DNA of 63,560 nucleotides, the filler included, from Octopus bimaculoides (taxonomy: Eukaryota), in assembly GCF_001194135.2 (NCBI RefSeq). It is 4 parts of 4 records of this genome, joined end to end, with 100 filler letters (N's around TTAATTAATTAA, not from the genome) between each part and the next. Parts side by side here need not be neighbours in the genome. Positions count along the whole stretch, not along the records: positions 61,130 to 63,560 come from NC_068981.1; 3 more parts are not named here. The stretch is one strand, 5' to 3'. The position numbers and the translations under genes are program-made. Shown in pieces: positions 63,110 to 63,560 of this stretch (the first letter of the stretch is position 1; each line of letters begins with the position of its first letter). The notes below the pieces were generated by a model. That model was not told the origin of the DNA. It saw nothing but the letters and a program-made list of their open reading frames with translations, and did no database searches.

Positions 63110-63335
63110 AGTATTGCATTTGTGTTTAAGCTTTGCCGCTTGACAATCGGTGTTGGTTTGTTTACTTAATCGTGACTTAGAAATTCGGCAAAAAAAGTGA
63201 CCCGTAGACTAAGTATCAGGCGTTCTATATATATATGTAGAATGGTCGATAGGATCGGCTAACCCTTTTAAGGCGGTACCTCAGCATGACTGCAGTTTAT
63301 GACTGGAGCAGGTAAGAAAGTAAAAAGAAAGTGTA
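63110..63335 (+). mobile_element. SINE family A 3' half, diverged
   Basis: gcttgacaatcgg...cagcatgactgcag...gtaagaaagtaaaaag. Confidence 0.7.
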
Positions 63336-63389
63336 AAAGGCTAGTTATTGATAGATTACTAGTTTGGTTTTCATCCATCAGTTAAGTTC

Positions 63390-63560
63390 TCCTCGTTGTC
63401 CTCCCGCTCCTCCTCCTCGTCCTCCTCCTTGTCCTCCTCCTCCTCGTCCTCCTGTTCGTCCTCCTCTTCTTCCTCTTCGTCCTCGTCCTCCTTTTCGTCC
63501 TCCTCTTCCTCCTCGTCCTCCTCCTCGTCCTCGACCTCCTTTTCGTCCTCGTCCTCCTTT
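63390..63560. repeat. (CCT/CGT)n tract to the window end
   Basis: Direct reading. Confidence 0.9.

Overview
Gappy, AT-rich, microsatellite-dense eukaryotic scaffold window. The SINE families and the C2H2 gene style point to an octopus/coleoid cephalopod genome (inference). Only two host genes are supportable: a divergent pair of poly-C2H2 zinc-finger genes (minus 31568-32356, 8 fingers; plus 43469-45030, at least 16 fingers, split by a 10-N gap). They share a ~32-aa N-terminal leader and appear to share a bidirectional promoter at ~37.4-38.1 kb. The rest is transposon-derived: at least 4 tRNA-derived SINE families, RTE, R4/Dong and Penelope-like (PLE) retroelements, mariner/maT fragments, hAT/TA/TTAA MITEs and a solo LTR. 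The most unexpected signal is type I hammerhead-ribozyme motifs in three unrelated repeat families. One has an intact minimal core beside a PLE, and one lies in a ~790-bp foldback inside the predicted intron of the minus-strand ZNF gene. Most entries in the ORF track are microsatellite or N-gap artefacts.
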